Positions 39,792 to 52,287 of a stretch of DNA of 64,000 nt are shown here, in pieces. How positions within the stretch are numbered: position 1 is the first letter of the stretch; every line of letters begins with the position of its first letter. Source of the DNA: Eledone cirrhosa (taxonomy: Eukaryota). The DNA lies in the NCBI GenBank assembly GCA_964016885.1, contig OZ024750.1, positions 25,234,001-25,298,000 on the forward strand, given 5' to 3'. The notes beneath the pieces were generated by a model. That model saw only the letters and a list, made by a program, of their open reading frames with translations, was not told the DNA's origin and searched no databases. The translations under genes and the position numbers were made by a program.

Positions 39792-40036
39792 GAGCAGTCC
39801 TCAATCTTTTCTCATCATGGACCAGTGTCATGCAAGATAATTTCTCTACATAACAAAATAATAAACAATAAAGTGTAATATATAATTCTATTATTAATTC
39901 AATTATTACATTTATATTGTAAATGTGATTAAACTCGTCATAAGGTAGACCATGATAGTCAATAAAATGTTGCAGTTCAGTACCAAATGGTCCACTGCCT
40001 GGTACCAGTCCGTGGCCTGGTGGTTGGGGATTGTTG
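39792..40036. mobile_element. hAT/Charlie-like (MER1-type ends) MITE, 245 bp
   Basis: Imperfect TIRs gagcagtcctcaatc / ggttggggattgttg, subterminal ggtaccagtccgtggcc, and an 8-bp TSD gtttatca (39784-39791) / gtctatca (40037-40044). Confidence 0.75.
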
Positions 40037-40039
40037 GTC

Positions 40040-40248
40040 TATCAGATATCCTGGTCTATCTAGAATATTCTTTATCAGATATCCTGGTCTATCAGATATT
40101 CTCTAACAGATATCCTGGTCTATCGAGAATATTCTCTATCAGATATCCTGCTCTATCTAGAATATTCTCTATCAGATATCCTGCTCTATCTAGAATATTC
40201 TCTATCAGATATCCTGCTCTAACTAGAATATTCTCTATCAGATATCTT
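40040..40248. repeat. 30-bp minisatellite; degenerate copies also at 39620-39790
   Basis: tctagaatattctctatcagatatcctgctcta-like units. Confidence 0.85.
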
Positions 40249-40536
40249 GGTTTCAACACTTTATGCCAAATTGATAAAGTTAACTTAGTAGGTTTATAAA
40301 ATAATATGATGAATAAAGTTTACTTAATAAATACTTTCACAAGATAATGTGATGTATAAAGTTTACTTAGCCTTCAGCACACTCTAGGTGCATTATGTAG
40401 CCAATAGAGTAACCTCCCCTTAAAACATAATGCAGTGTCAAAGGAAGCAATTCATTAAAAAATTCAGCCTTCTCAAGGTTAACAAATACCTTCGCCAGAT
40501 AATACGATGTATAAAGTCATTAATTATCTCATAATG

Positions 40537-40721
40537 GCGGAGGATTGGCAGTATCGGTAGAGGGTCGGACGCCATGCTTTGAAGCATAGAGTTGCGTCCC
40601 TTTATGATCTGAGTTCAAATCCCGCCGAGGTTGACTTTGCCTTTCATCCTTACGGGGTCGATAAAATAAAGTACCAGTAATGCACTGGGTAATTGCTGGC
40701 CTTGTGCCTAAAGTAGAAACG
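40537..40721 (+). mobile_element. Full-length tRNA-derived SINE (family A) with 18-bp TSD
   Basis: TSD attaattatctcataatg at 40519-40536 and 40722-40739, A-box-like tggcagtatcgg, B-box-like gagttcaaatccc, central gcctttcatccttacggggtcgataaaataaagtaccag. Confidence 0.92.
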
Positions 40722-41478
40722 ATTAATTATCTCATAATGTCTGTCTTATTTTTCATCCTTTTTTAATTATTCATATTAAGGACTAAAAACAAATCCTTGT
40801 GAAATAATCATATAACAAGATATTTCCTTTGTAAAGAAATTGTATCATTTCCTTCCATCTTGCTAAATTAAAGAGTATTTCCATTATTTTTAACTCCTTC
40901 AACTATCACAAAAATCATGTTCTCTCTTTTTTCATTTTTATCTGTCAGATTGTATGTCAGGTATGTAGTGTTGATTTTCATTTGGTGTTTACGGAAATGT
41001 ATATTTAATCTTGTTTTTTTTTTTTTTTTCATTTTTTTCTTTTTTCTTCTCTCTCTGAATGGTTACTTTTATCAAACATGCATTTCATTTAAAGTAAAGA
41101 TTTGTGAAATTTTTGTTAACAAATTATATTATTGTAGCTAGCTATTAGTTTAATATCCTGATTGACTGTTTTTTTTTTTTTTTTAGATTTCACCTGCATA
41201 CTTTATAGCTTCACTCTAGCAGAATATAATAATAATAATATTAATAATAATTGTGTATTGTAGAGCTAAATTATAGCTACTAACCAACCTTTTGACTAAA
41301 CATACCTACATAAGTACATGAAAATACATTTAGAAATTAGAAAAGATTTTGGTTTTTAATTGTGTGTGCAAGGAAAATTGGGTTACAGAGTATTTATATT
41401 TATCTAAAAGCCTTCCATCATAATCCTTGATAGAACCTTTGTTATGTTATGTTATGTTCCAAACACAAGCTTAATAAT

Positions 41479-41665
41479 TGTTTCTACTTTTGGCACAAGG
41501 CCAGCAATTATTCCAGTGCATTACTGGTACTTTATTTTATCGACCCCGTAAGGATGAAAGGCAAAGTTAACCTCGGCGGGATTTGAACTCAGATCATAAA
41601 GGGAGGTAACTCTATGCTTCAAAGCATGGCGTCCGACCCTTACCGATACTGCCAATCCACCGCCC
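41479..41665 (-). mobile_element. Full-length family A SINE with TSD of about 15 bp, inserted in an older TTAA-MITE remnant
   Basis: cacaagcttaataat on both sides; near-identical reverse complement of 40537-40721. Confidence 0.9.
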
Positions 41666-41962
41666 TTAATCCACAAGCTTAATAATAAGCAAGTTTGTTA
41701 TATTACTGAATACCCCCAAATCTTTCATTATTTTGAAAATTATTTGAAAATCCTAGGCTGTGTCTTTAATTAGAAATTTGGTAATGAAAAGGTTAAACAT
41801 CAAATGCAGGAATCTATGTACTGGGGTCAAGGATGTGAGAATAACTGTATAATAGATCCTTCCTTTCAACTCTACTGATTATTCTATTGCCTGGTTACAG
41901 CTTTGCTGAGAACCAGTTGGGTGGGTATAATAAACTTAACAAAGATAATAATAATAATAATG

Positions 41963-42337
41963 ATTTCTTTATTGGCCACAAGGGCTGACATCAAGAAAAA
42001 CATTACAGACGGCACAGGACGGTACAGGACGGTACGATGTGGGTTTTGTGCGTGTAAATATTTTTATTATTTATATAAGAAAAGAAAAAAAAGACATAGA
42101 AACATATATATATATAAACAATAAAAATGAAAATTGAAACAATGAAAAATTCCCCAATAGGTGGGAAACCTCCGAGGGTTACTCGTGGCGAAAACCACAC
42201 AAAATACCACGGCCACCCTGACCACCAGGGCAAGCGCCCTCTCTCAATTTTTCCATTTCTCAAACTACAGACGTATATTCAGAGCGGTCCCGTTCACTCG
42301 GACCATTCTCGTTACATTCACCCACCTTTCAACAAAC
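41963..42337 (-). mobile_element. 5'-truncated L1/Tx1-like LINE 3' end
   Basis: Minus strand FVERWVNVTRMVRVNG, UTR ending ccttgtggccaataaagaaa, flanked by (ATA)n; homologous to 13528-13893. Confidence 0.62.
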
Positions 42338-42618
42338 TGGGTGGGTGAATGATAATAATAATAATAATGAAAATGATGTGTACACTGCTCAGGTGTTCTA
42401 CAACTCATCAAAGGTGCATGTATAGTACATAGAATAATGTTTAAATGTCAGGAAAGTGAACAGTGTGTGAGTCATGATATACACACAGACACACACATGT
42501 GGAGAAAATGATCAAATTGCACATATTAGTAGAATTTTATTGACAAGAATGAGCTTTTGGAATATAAATTATAAATATTTTGTAATCCTAACAGGTAACT
42601 TGTTCTGAAATTGTTTAA

Positions 42619-42829
42619 CCCTTTAACATTCAGATTACTCTATTTATACTATTGTATTTTCATGGAAAACACTTTATTTCTCATAATTATCTCACATAAT
42701 ATCAAATCTAATAGATTTTGATATTATTTATTTTGAGAACAATACCTTAAAATAAGTATGTGCAGACATTTATGGCCAATTTGAACAGAGAGGTGAGAGA
42801 ATTCTGGCTGGGGTTTAAATGCTGAAGGA
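42619..42829. mobile_element. TTAA-flanked MITE, same family as 10030-10237
   Basis: ttaaccctttaacattcag ... aaatgctgaaggattaa; shared internal gattttga.attatttattttgagaacaataccttaa. Confidence 0.82.
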
Positions 42830-43179
42830 TTAAATATTTGAAGAAAAAAAAAAAGGTTGTAATAAGTTTGTAGGAAAGAAAAGAATGACACCTGATAAAA
42901 GAAATCCAAGTGATGTTAAGAGGTTTAAGACTAAACAAACATTCTTCTCAAGGACAAAACAAAGTCATCAATAATAACAACAGAGAAATAGGTGTTTGTA
43001 TGTGGGAGGAGGGGGCAAGAGGCAAAGACTGAATAACACAGTTATAACTGGGAGGTGGGGGAGGTAAACACGAATAACACAGTTATTCCCCTTCTTTTAT
43101 TGTGGTATAAGAAGAAAAAAAAATATAATCATCATCATCATCATCTTCTTTTAACGTCCATTTTCCACGCTAGCATGGG

Positions 43180-43246
<67 letters not shown>

Positions 43247-43384
43247 TATGTCATGCCTGAGAATATCAGAAACATGTGTCAAATCACCTTTAGAATAAGC
43301 TCAAAGATTCCAAAGAATAATCTGAGCATTTATTAACATTAAATTAAAAGTCGACTTTTAATTTAATTTAATTATATATATATA

Positions 43385-43717
43385 TGGAGGCACATGGCTT
43401 AGTGGTTAGAGCATTGGCCTTGCAATCGAAAGGTTGTGAGTTCAATTCTCAGACCGGGTGATGTGTTGTTTCCTTGAGCAAGACACTTTATTTCACATTG
43501 CTCCAGTTTACTCAGCTGTAGAAATGAGATGATAGGACTGGGGTCCATATCATTCAACTGCAAAGTGGTCGTGGAGGTGCCACGGCATAAAAGCACCCAG
43601 CACTCACTGTAAATGAGGTTGGTGTTAGGAAGGGCTTCCAGCTGTAGAAATCAAGCCAGAATCAGTTCCCGTCCCACCCTTGCAAGCAGGGAAAAAGCAG
43701 ACGTAAAAATGAAATGA
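43385..43717 (+). mobile_element. Full-length tRNA-head SINE (family C head plus family B tail) inserted in (TA)n
   Basis: A box tggcttagtgg, B box gagttcaattc; near-identical to 48927-49268. Confidence 0.88.
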
Positions 43718-44095
43718 TATATATATATATATATATAATTAAATTAAATTAAATTAAAAGTCGACTTTTAATTTAATGTTAATAAACGCTCAGATTTATT
43801 CTTTGGAATCTTTGAGCTTATTCTAAAGGTGATTTGACACATGTTTCTGATATTCTCAGGCATGACATCTTTAATTTAATTTTGGTAGTATATATATATA
43901 TATATATATATGTTTCCCCCAACACACACAAATCCGTTTATGCACTATGTAACATATTATGTCCACTCTGATTCGCAGATTTGTATTTACAACATACATT
44001 TTTTGTAAATTCATTGAGTGGATTGCGATGAAGCTAAACGAAATTTAATTGTCTGGCTCATAATTAAGATGTGTGAGAGTGTGTGCATATGTATG

Positions 44096-44153
<58 letters not shown>

Positions 44154-44289
44154 TGTATCGAGGGTACAGTGCTGAGGCCGGGGTGACCACTAATCATGAG
44201 AGTACTCAATGCATGGGGAGATGCAGAGTGGGTGTAGAGTTATGTAAAATGCTTGGCGTTATGGTTGGGATTTTACATCTCTCTTTCTC

Positions 44290-44328
<39 letters not shown>

Positions 44329-44599
44329 GGCTTCTACAGGACTAGAACTGTTTCATCAGGAAGCCCTGATGATTTCTTCTGGATGAAATAGTTCTAGTCT
44401 TGTAGAAGCCTTTTCTATATTAAATATTTATACATTTATACTCCGCTTTGTATTGAGTACCTTACTTACTGTGCTTACCCCCCGATTGAACCCGAGATAA
44501 ACTTTACTTGTGGTTGGTTTGTACCAGATAACGTCTGCTGAATTTTGAGTTGTGTATTGTTTATGAAACACTTGTATGTCGTCTGCAGTGTGATGACTA

Positions 44600-44795
44600 T
44601 CTCTTCTTTGTAATTTGAAGGGAAGAGGGGGGAAATTGATTAAATTGACTCCAGTGTGTTACTGGTACTTTATCAATCCTGTAAGGATGAAAGTCAAAGC
44701 TAACCTCAGTTGGATTTGAACTCAGAACGTTAAGAGCTGTAACTATGTTACAAACCATGTCCAACGCTCTACCGATTACTGCCAATCCACCACCT
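44600..44795 (-). mobile_element. SINE family A copy
   Basis: actggtactt...gtaaggatgaaagtcaaag...gatttgaactcaga...actgccaatccaccacc. Confidence 0.78.
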
Positions 44796-46369
44796 TTTGA
44801 ATAGAAGTTAATAATAGAAATAATATTTAAATTGTAATAAATCAATTTTTTAATTAGCCTATTGATCGTTAATTTAATGACTTTTAGGAAATATTTTTTA
44901 GCTGTTAGTAATCCTTTTTATTAAAGAACATTTTTTAAAGATATAACTCTTTTGGGAAAGCCTGCCAATTTCCTTATCAAAACACATTAGGTACTCATTT
45001 TAACAATACCCATTCAACTTTTAAGTATTCAGCAACAGTCTTCTTTGGTCTTGTCTTAGATGAATGCTTTTATATCGACAAAAATGTCTATATAGAAGTA
45101 TCTCTTGTTCATTTTACTGTATCAATATCTTCCCAGTTTCATTGTTCTTCAAAATTGGATTCCTTTCAAATATATTTCTCCAGGCTACAATTTTGAATTT
45201 TTATAGCATATAACAATGAGTTTGTACGCTATGAGTTTTCACTTGTGATTTCTCTCTGATGATTTGGGTAATAAATTATATATTTTATTAGATTATTACA
45301 GTCTCTCTGCTTACTGTACACATTGTGAATGAATATTACAACTTCCCATACACTTTGTTTCAAATCTAAAACCTTATGTCTTCTTCTTTGCCAACTTATT
45401 CCTGAGAGGTCAGTTGGTCTTGCTTGGGGATCCAGCCAGATTAATTGGAGATTGTTGTTTCTTATTAGACCCTCTGGAAGGTGTGTCTGAGACCCTTACT
45501 ATCTATAGTTTGGTACCTATTATTGTATGGTACTTATGCCAGGATCTGAGCATCTATACTATGGTGACTTTATCCAAATCCTATCTTCTATGATACAGTA
45601 CTATGGTAACTATGTCAGAAATTTACCACCTGTGATATAGCGCCTATGTTATAGTACCTGTATCATAGTACCATAGTATATAATCTATGCTATAGTACCT
45701 ATGCTATAGTATCTATACTATTATGCTTATGCTATAGTACCTATGCCGAAAATGTACCATCTATAAAATTATATCTGATTATTTTAGGTTCATTAAAATC
45801 CAGTTTATAGCAGAGTTTGGTGTGTGGTTTAGTGGTTAGAGAAAATAGCTTAGACATTAAAATGGCTTTACAGAATTTGTCGTGAACCTATTCTTAAAAT
45901 CATCTCATTTCTCTAATATCCTTTCTAAAATATTACTGTATATTTTTGTTTATAAATTGACTTACAGTTTTAGACAGTTTGTAAGTGAAATGAAGCTGAG
46001 AATATTGTAGGAACTAATTTTAAGTTATTATATATTGTATTTGAACATTTAATGAAGGAGTTTTTTGTTAAGCATTAATTAATTAATTAATTAATTAATT
46101 GCATAGCTATTTTAGAACTTTAGAAATTTCAAAGCAAGAAATAACTATGCTAGCAGGTTGAAGGCTGGTGGACTAAATTTGAATATTTAAATCCTCCTAT
46201 ATTAATTGCAGTCTTTTAACTTAACTATGAAGGAATAAAAAGACAGGACTGCCATCACAAGATTAGAACCGAAATATAAGTCACCATAAAACATCAAATT
46301 ACAATCTTCGTTAAAAGATAACGAACAACAGTAATTGTTTATATTGCTTATTTTTCAGCTACTTATTTG

Positions 46370-46885
46370 TGATTGTAATAATTATTATTGGTCTTAAAAT
46401 CATATATTTAATAATTATATTAGTCTTATAATTATATATTTAAATATTTTATTGTAATAACTATATTGGTCTTATAATTGTATATTTAATAATTATTATT
46501 GGTCTTATAATTATATATTTAATAATTATTATGGTCTTATATATTTAATTATTATTGGTCTTATAATTATATATTGTATTATTATATTGGTCTTAAAGTT
46601 ATATATATGTAATAACTATATTGGTCTTAGACTTACATATTGTAGGACCTATATATTGTAATACTTACATTGGTCTTACAGTTATAAATTGTAATAACTA
46701 TATTTATCTTAAAGTTATATTGTAATAATTATTATTGGTCTTTAAAGTTATGTATATGTAATAATTATTGGTCTTATAATTATATATTTAATTGTTATAC
46801 TGATTTTAGATTTATATATTGTAAGACCTATATACTGTAATAATTATATTGGTCTTATATATGTAATTATTTTTGGTCTTAATGT
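46370..46885. repeat. AT-rich diverged minisatellite
   Basis: Recurrent attattggtcttataattatatattt. Confidence 0.82.
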
Positions 46886-47579
46886 TAAATATTTAAAAGT
46901 TCGTATTTTGTATGTTTGCACACAGCATGATATTTGTTTTTCACACATAAAGAAAACTAGATAAAAGATTTAGTATGCTAAATCTTTCAGTCTGTTGGTC
47001 TGTTGTGTTAAACATTACACCCAAGTTTGCTTGTTGTGGGTTTTGTAGTTTAGAGGTTTCACTCACATACACAGAATCTCACAATAAAACATTGCTCTAA
47101 CTGCACCATCTATAACTGTCAATATCTGCTCTAAACTTTGAGGTCGTCATTCAATTTTATGATAAAATTTAATGTTAGGTCTATAAGCCAACAATTTACT
47201 CACGATTCTTCTAACTGACATGAAGGTTCTCTTATCTTCTAGCCTTCTCATGGAATTAGCACCTAAGTAGCTGAGTATGACACACATATTTACACATAAA
47301 GTAATTCTTAGGGAGATTCAGTCTTTTGAATTACAGGTAGAAACCAACTGATAGGCTTCCAAACAGTTTCTGTCTACCAAGTTTCACTCACAAGGTTTAG
47401 GTTGACCCAAGGCTATGGTAAATGACATTAGTTCAATATACCACCAAGTGAAATAACCTTCACTCTCACATTAGAAGGTAAACTTGTTGACTATTTGACC
47501 ATACTTTCTCCACTCTTCCAAATTTACTATTAAAATAGGAAAGGTTTCTTATATTAGCTGTATTTCTATATCGAATAAA

Positions 47580-48022
47580 GTTAGTAATAGTCCATGTACT
47601 GTAGAGTTAGTAACAGTTCATGTACTGTAGAGTTAGTAATGGCCTTATGTACTATAGTAATAGTTCATGTGCTGTAGAGTTAATAATAGTTCATGTGCCG
47701 TAGAGTTAGTAATAGTTCATCTACTGTATAATTAGTAATAGTTCATGTACTGTATAATTAGTAATAGTTCATGTACTGTATAATTAGTAATAGTTCATGT
47801 ACTGTACAGTTAGTAATAGTTCATGTACTGTACAGTTAGTAATAGTTCATGTACTATAGTTAGTAATAGTTCATGTACTGTACAGTTATCAATAGTCCAT
47901 GTACAACAGTTATCAATAGTCCATGTACTGTAGTTAGTAATAGTCCATGTACTGTAGTTAGTAATAGTCCATGTACTGTCGTTAGTACTAGTCCATGTAC
48001 TGTACAGTTATCAATAGTTCAC
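47580..48022. repeat. 24-26-bp minisatellite
   Basis: ttagtaatagttcatgtactgta(ca)g. Confidence 0.9.
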
Positions 48023-48344
48023 ATACTTTATATGAAACATTAGACTTTATTTAAGTGGATACTAATTTATGTACAATTTGTTGGCTATATATTACGTCAG
48101 GTCTATTTAATCTAAACAATGGTTTATGTTGTAACAAACACACTTTTATATATGTTGTTATAGCTATCACATCGTTATTGTGCAAGATGCATGGATTTTA
48201 GGTGAGAGTCCTTCACTAGAAAATACTGCAAATTTAGAAAACTGGTTGTATTAGATGAGTGCATGTGTTAGAATTGCACTGACCTGTTACACAGCCAACT
48301 GCATGTTATGTATATCACTTAAGAGTGATTAAATAGTTAAGAAG

Positions 48345-48466
48345 TTGTATAGAGATTGTATAGAGATTGTATAGAGATTGTATAGAGATTGTATAGAGAT
48401 TGTATAGAGATTGTATAGAGATTATATAGAGATTGTATAGAGATTGTATAGAGGTTGTATAGAGGT
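48345..48466. repeat. 11-bp tandem repeat
   Basis: (tagagattgta)n, about 11 copies. Confidence 0.92.
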
Positions 48467-48659
48467 TCATTGAAGTTTGATTTCTTGTGTAAATTTTGAA
48501 TTTAATATTGATTGTTGAATATTTTATTCTTTAAGTTTTGAGTTGTATTGGCTTCAGTACTAAGAATATATTTTAGATAAATTCTATTTTCACACACACA
48601 CACAAACACACATATATATCATAATCATCATTTTCACTTTCCTGGCTAGCATGTGTGTC

Positions 48660-48712
<53 letters not shown>

Positions 48713-48926
48713 CTATATAACTGGCACTCCGTCAGTTATGACAATGAGTATTCCAGTTGATATAATGGAACAGCCTGCTCGTCAAATTAACTTGCAAGTG
48801 GCTGAACATTCCACAGACACACATGCCCTCAATGTAGTTTTCAGGGAGATTCAGAATGACACTGGATGTGACAACTCTGGCCCTTCGAATTACAGGTACA
48901 ACACATTTATAAAATAAATATATATA

Positions 48927-49265
48927 TGGAGGCACATGGCTTAGTGGTTAGAGCATTGGCCTTGCAATCAAAAGGTTGTGAGTTCAATTCTCGGACTGGG
49001 TGATGTGTTGTTTCTTTGAGCAAGACACTTTATTTCACATTGCTCCAGTTTACTCAGCTGTAGAAATGAGATGATAGGGAGTGGGGTCCCTATCATTCCA
49101 CTGTAAAGTGGTTGTGGAGGTGCCACGGAAAAAAAGCACCCAGCCCTCACTGTAAATGAAGTTGGAGTTAGGAAGGGCATCCAGCTGTAGAAATCAAGCC
49201 AGAATCAGTTCCCGTCCCACCCTTGCAAGCAGGGAAAAGCGGACGTAAAATGATGATGATGATGA

Positions 49266-49268
<3 letters not shown>
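48927..49268 (+). mobile_element. Full-length tRNA-head SINE, sister of 43385-43717
   Basis: Same sequence; (TA)n on both sides; (TGA)n tail. Confidence 0.88.
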
Positions 49269-49303
<35 letters not shown>

Positions 49304-49702
49304 AAGAGAGATGTATATATGTATGTATGGGCCTGTAACTCTTGATGGAAGCGTAGGGGCACTGTCTTGGACACTTTAAACCTGGCAGTGCCAACTTCTC
49401 TCCAATTGAACACAACTGGTTTCTTCTAGAGAAGAAGAGAGGGAGTGAGTAAAGATATATAAAGGAAGAATCAACCCCAGTACAGCACTGGTACTTTTGT
49501 ATTTATTGACCTTGAAAGGATGAAAGACACAGTTGAATTCAGTGGGAGTTCTGGTATTTCATAGATCAATATTGAATAAAATCAATGATAGCTTTATTAA
49601 ATGGTTTATAAAAATATAGATTTTTGCCCAATAAAGAAATAAAACAAAATCAGTTGAAACAAAAACTAAAGTGACAATAAAATTACTTAAAACATAACAC
49701 AA

Positions 49703-50420
49703 CTACCTCTCTGTATATATCTACTGTGTTGTATCTACTGTGTGATATCTACCTCTCTGTATATATCTACTGTGTTGTATCTACTGTGTGATATCTACCT
49801 CTCTGTATATATCTACTGTGTTGTATCTACTGTGTTGTATCTACTGTGTGATATCTACCTCTCTGTATATATCAACTGTGTTGTATCTACTGTGTGATAT
49901 CTACCTCTCTGTATATATATCTACTGTGTCATATCTATATTACTGTATTATATCTACTGTACAATATGTACTGTGTAATATCTATATTACTGGCCCTGTG
50001 TTGTATCTACTGCGTAATATCTATATTACTGGACCTGTGTTATATCTACCTCCCTGTATATATCTACTATGTTATATCTACATTACTGGTCCTGTGTTAT
50101 ATTCACCTCACTCTATATAAAACTGTGTTGTATCTACCTCTATGTATATATCTGTTGTGTTGTATCTACTGTGTTATATTTATCTCACTGTATATAGAAC
50201 TGCGTTATATTTACATTGCTGGTCGTGTGTTATAACTAGTATGTTATATCTATATTACTGTTCCTGTGTTGTATCTACTGTGTTATATTTATCTCTCTGT
50301 ATATAGAACTGCGTTATAACTAGTATGTTATATTTACATTGCTGGTCGTGTGTCATAACTAGTATGTTATATCTATATTACTGTTCCTGTGTTGTATCTA
50401 CTGTGTTATATCTATATTAT
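49703..50420. repeat. Degenerate tandem repeat (tatctactgtg-based)
   Basis: ctacctctctgtatatatctactgtgttgtatctactgtgtgata units decaying towards the 3' end. Confidence 0.85.
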
Positions 50421-50513
50421 TGGTCTATTTAGTTTATAATGTCTACAGCTCAATTGGTACAGTGTACTTCAGTGTTATACCTTGTGAGTTCATGTCTTAT
50501 TTTGTGTACCCCC

Positions 50514-50550
<37 letters not shown>

Positions 50551-50765
50551 ACTATATATATATAATGGTGTATGGCATATATACAAACAAGATAGCTGTT
50601 GGTTTATATTGTAAATATTGTTGGAAACAGAAATGATTGATACAATGTGTGGAAACATACTTTGTTGTAGATATATCTTTCTGACAGAGAAGTTTATTTC
50701 AAATTTTCTGTGAGGAAAATATCATTGCTTTATAAATAAATATTTGATTTCTTTTCCTTATTCAG

Positions 50766-50820
50766 GAGTCCAAGTGCAGGATCTGCCCTGAATGATTCAG
50801 CAAAAATAGAAAGAAGACGT
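50766..50820 (+). CDS. FAM102A: FAM102A/EEIG1-family protein, short 55-nt exon
   Basis: Strong acceptor cttttccttattcag|G, donor |gtaagt at 50821. Encodes (R)SPSAGSALNDSAKIERRR. Phase 2 to phase 0, exactly what is needed to join the flanking exons. Confidence 0.82.
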
Positions 50821-51263
50821 GTAAGTATTTGAGCATAACTTATTGATTCTTGTTCTTTATATATATGTCTATATAGTAAGTTTGTTTTGAAACAGTGAGC
50901 AAAGTTTGAAATTTAGTAAAAATAGAAGCTCTCGCTGTATTTTTTACTAAAGAAATTTTAGCCTGATAGTGGCGTTTAAAACCTTATAAAAAATGGAAAA
51001 GGATGGGTATTGACGTACATGGGGTTCGAACGAACATCTTTGGTTATCCAGAAGAACACTGTGCAACCATTATACCAACACATCACCCATCCCTGATGTG
51101 TTGATGTAATGGTAGCACAGTGGTATGGATAACCAAAGATGTTGGTTCGAACCCTATGTACGTCAATACCCATCCTTTTCCATTTTTTAGAGGGTTTTAA
51201 ACCCCACTATCAGGCTAAAATTTCTTTAGTCAAAAATACGCCGCAAGCTTCTATTTCTACTAA

Positions 51264-51402
<139 letters not shown>

Positions 51403-52287
51403 TTTGGCCATGAATGATCGTGGGGTTTACCTAGAAAGTTCTCCACCAAGGCACAATCTGGGCAAGGTGTTTTTGTGGAAGACCAGCAGTCATCCATGCA
51501 TACCAGTCTCCTCCCTTTATGCCACCAATGTTATCCAAGAGTAAGGCAAAAGCCAATACAGCTTGGTGCCCGAGAAGTCACAAACCACTTCAGCAGCTGG
51601 GTGAACTGTAGTAAAATGAAATAAAGTGGCTTGCTCAAGGACACAATACACTGCCCCGTCTGGGGAATCGAACTCACAACCCTACGATTGTGAATCCGTC
51701 TCTCTAGCCACTAAGCCATGCACCATCACATATGTACACACAGAGATAGACACACACACACATATATGCATGCTTATTCAACATGTACTTTAAAAAAAAG
51801 GAGCAGTTATTTGCTCTCTGTAGGAAGGTTATTCAGAAATCAGATAACTCTATTTAGAAATAAATATTTCAAGTTTAAATTGAAGCTGTGAGACTGAAAT
51901 GTTTGACTATGTCTACTGTTACACTAGATTAAAACATTGTATAAAGAAAAATACTGAAGATGTGTAAGAACTTTATTTAATTCCTGTGAGAAATCCTTTC
52001 AGATGTTTAGAGGAATATTTCATTTCGCCTTATTGTATTATTTTGATGTACATGGAATCTTTGAAAACATAATTCTTTGATCAATAATCAGCTTCACGTA
52101 TAGAGCGTTTGTTTGTATTTGTATCGATATTAATATTTTATTTCATGTTAGAAAACATTTTTGTTTTGATAACGGGGAGTAACTCTAAAATTTCAAACGG
52201 AATAACTCTAAACTACCAAGGGGTGTAACTCTAAAAATGCCAAGTGGAATAACTCTATATTAGAACAATTTTTTTTTTATCCCTTTA

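Noticed and set aside
43385-43460. tRNA gene candidates (A/B boxes here and at 20925, 48927 and 51110)
   Set aside because: No complete cloverleaf could be built, and the sequences continue into SINE bodies.
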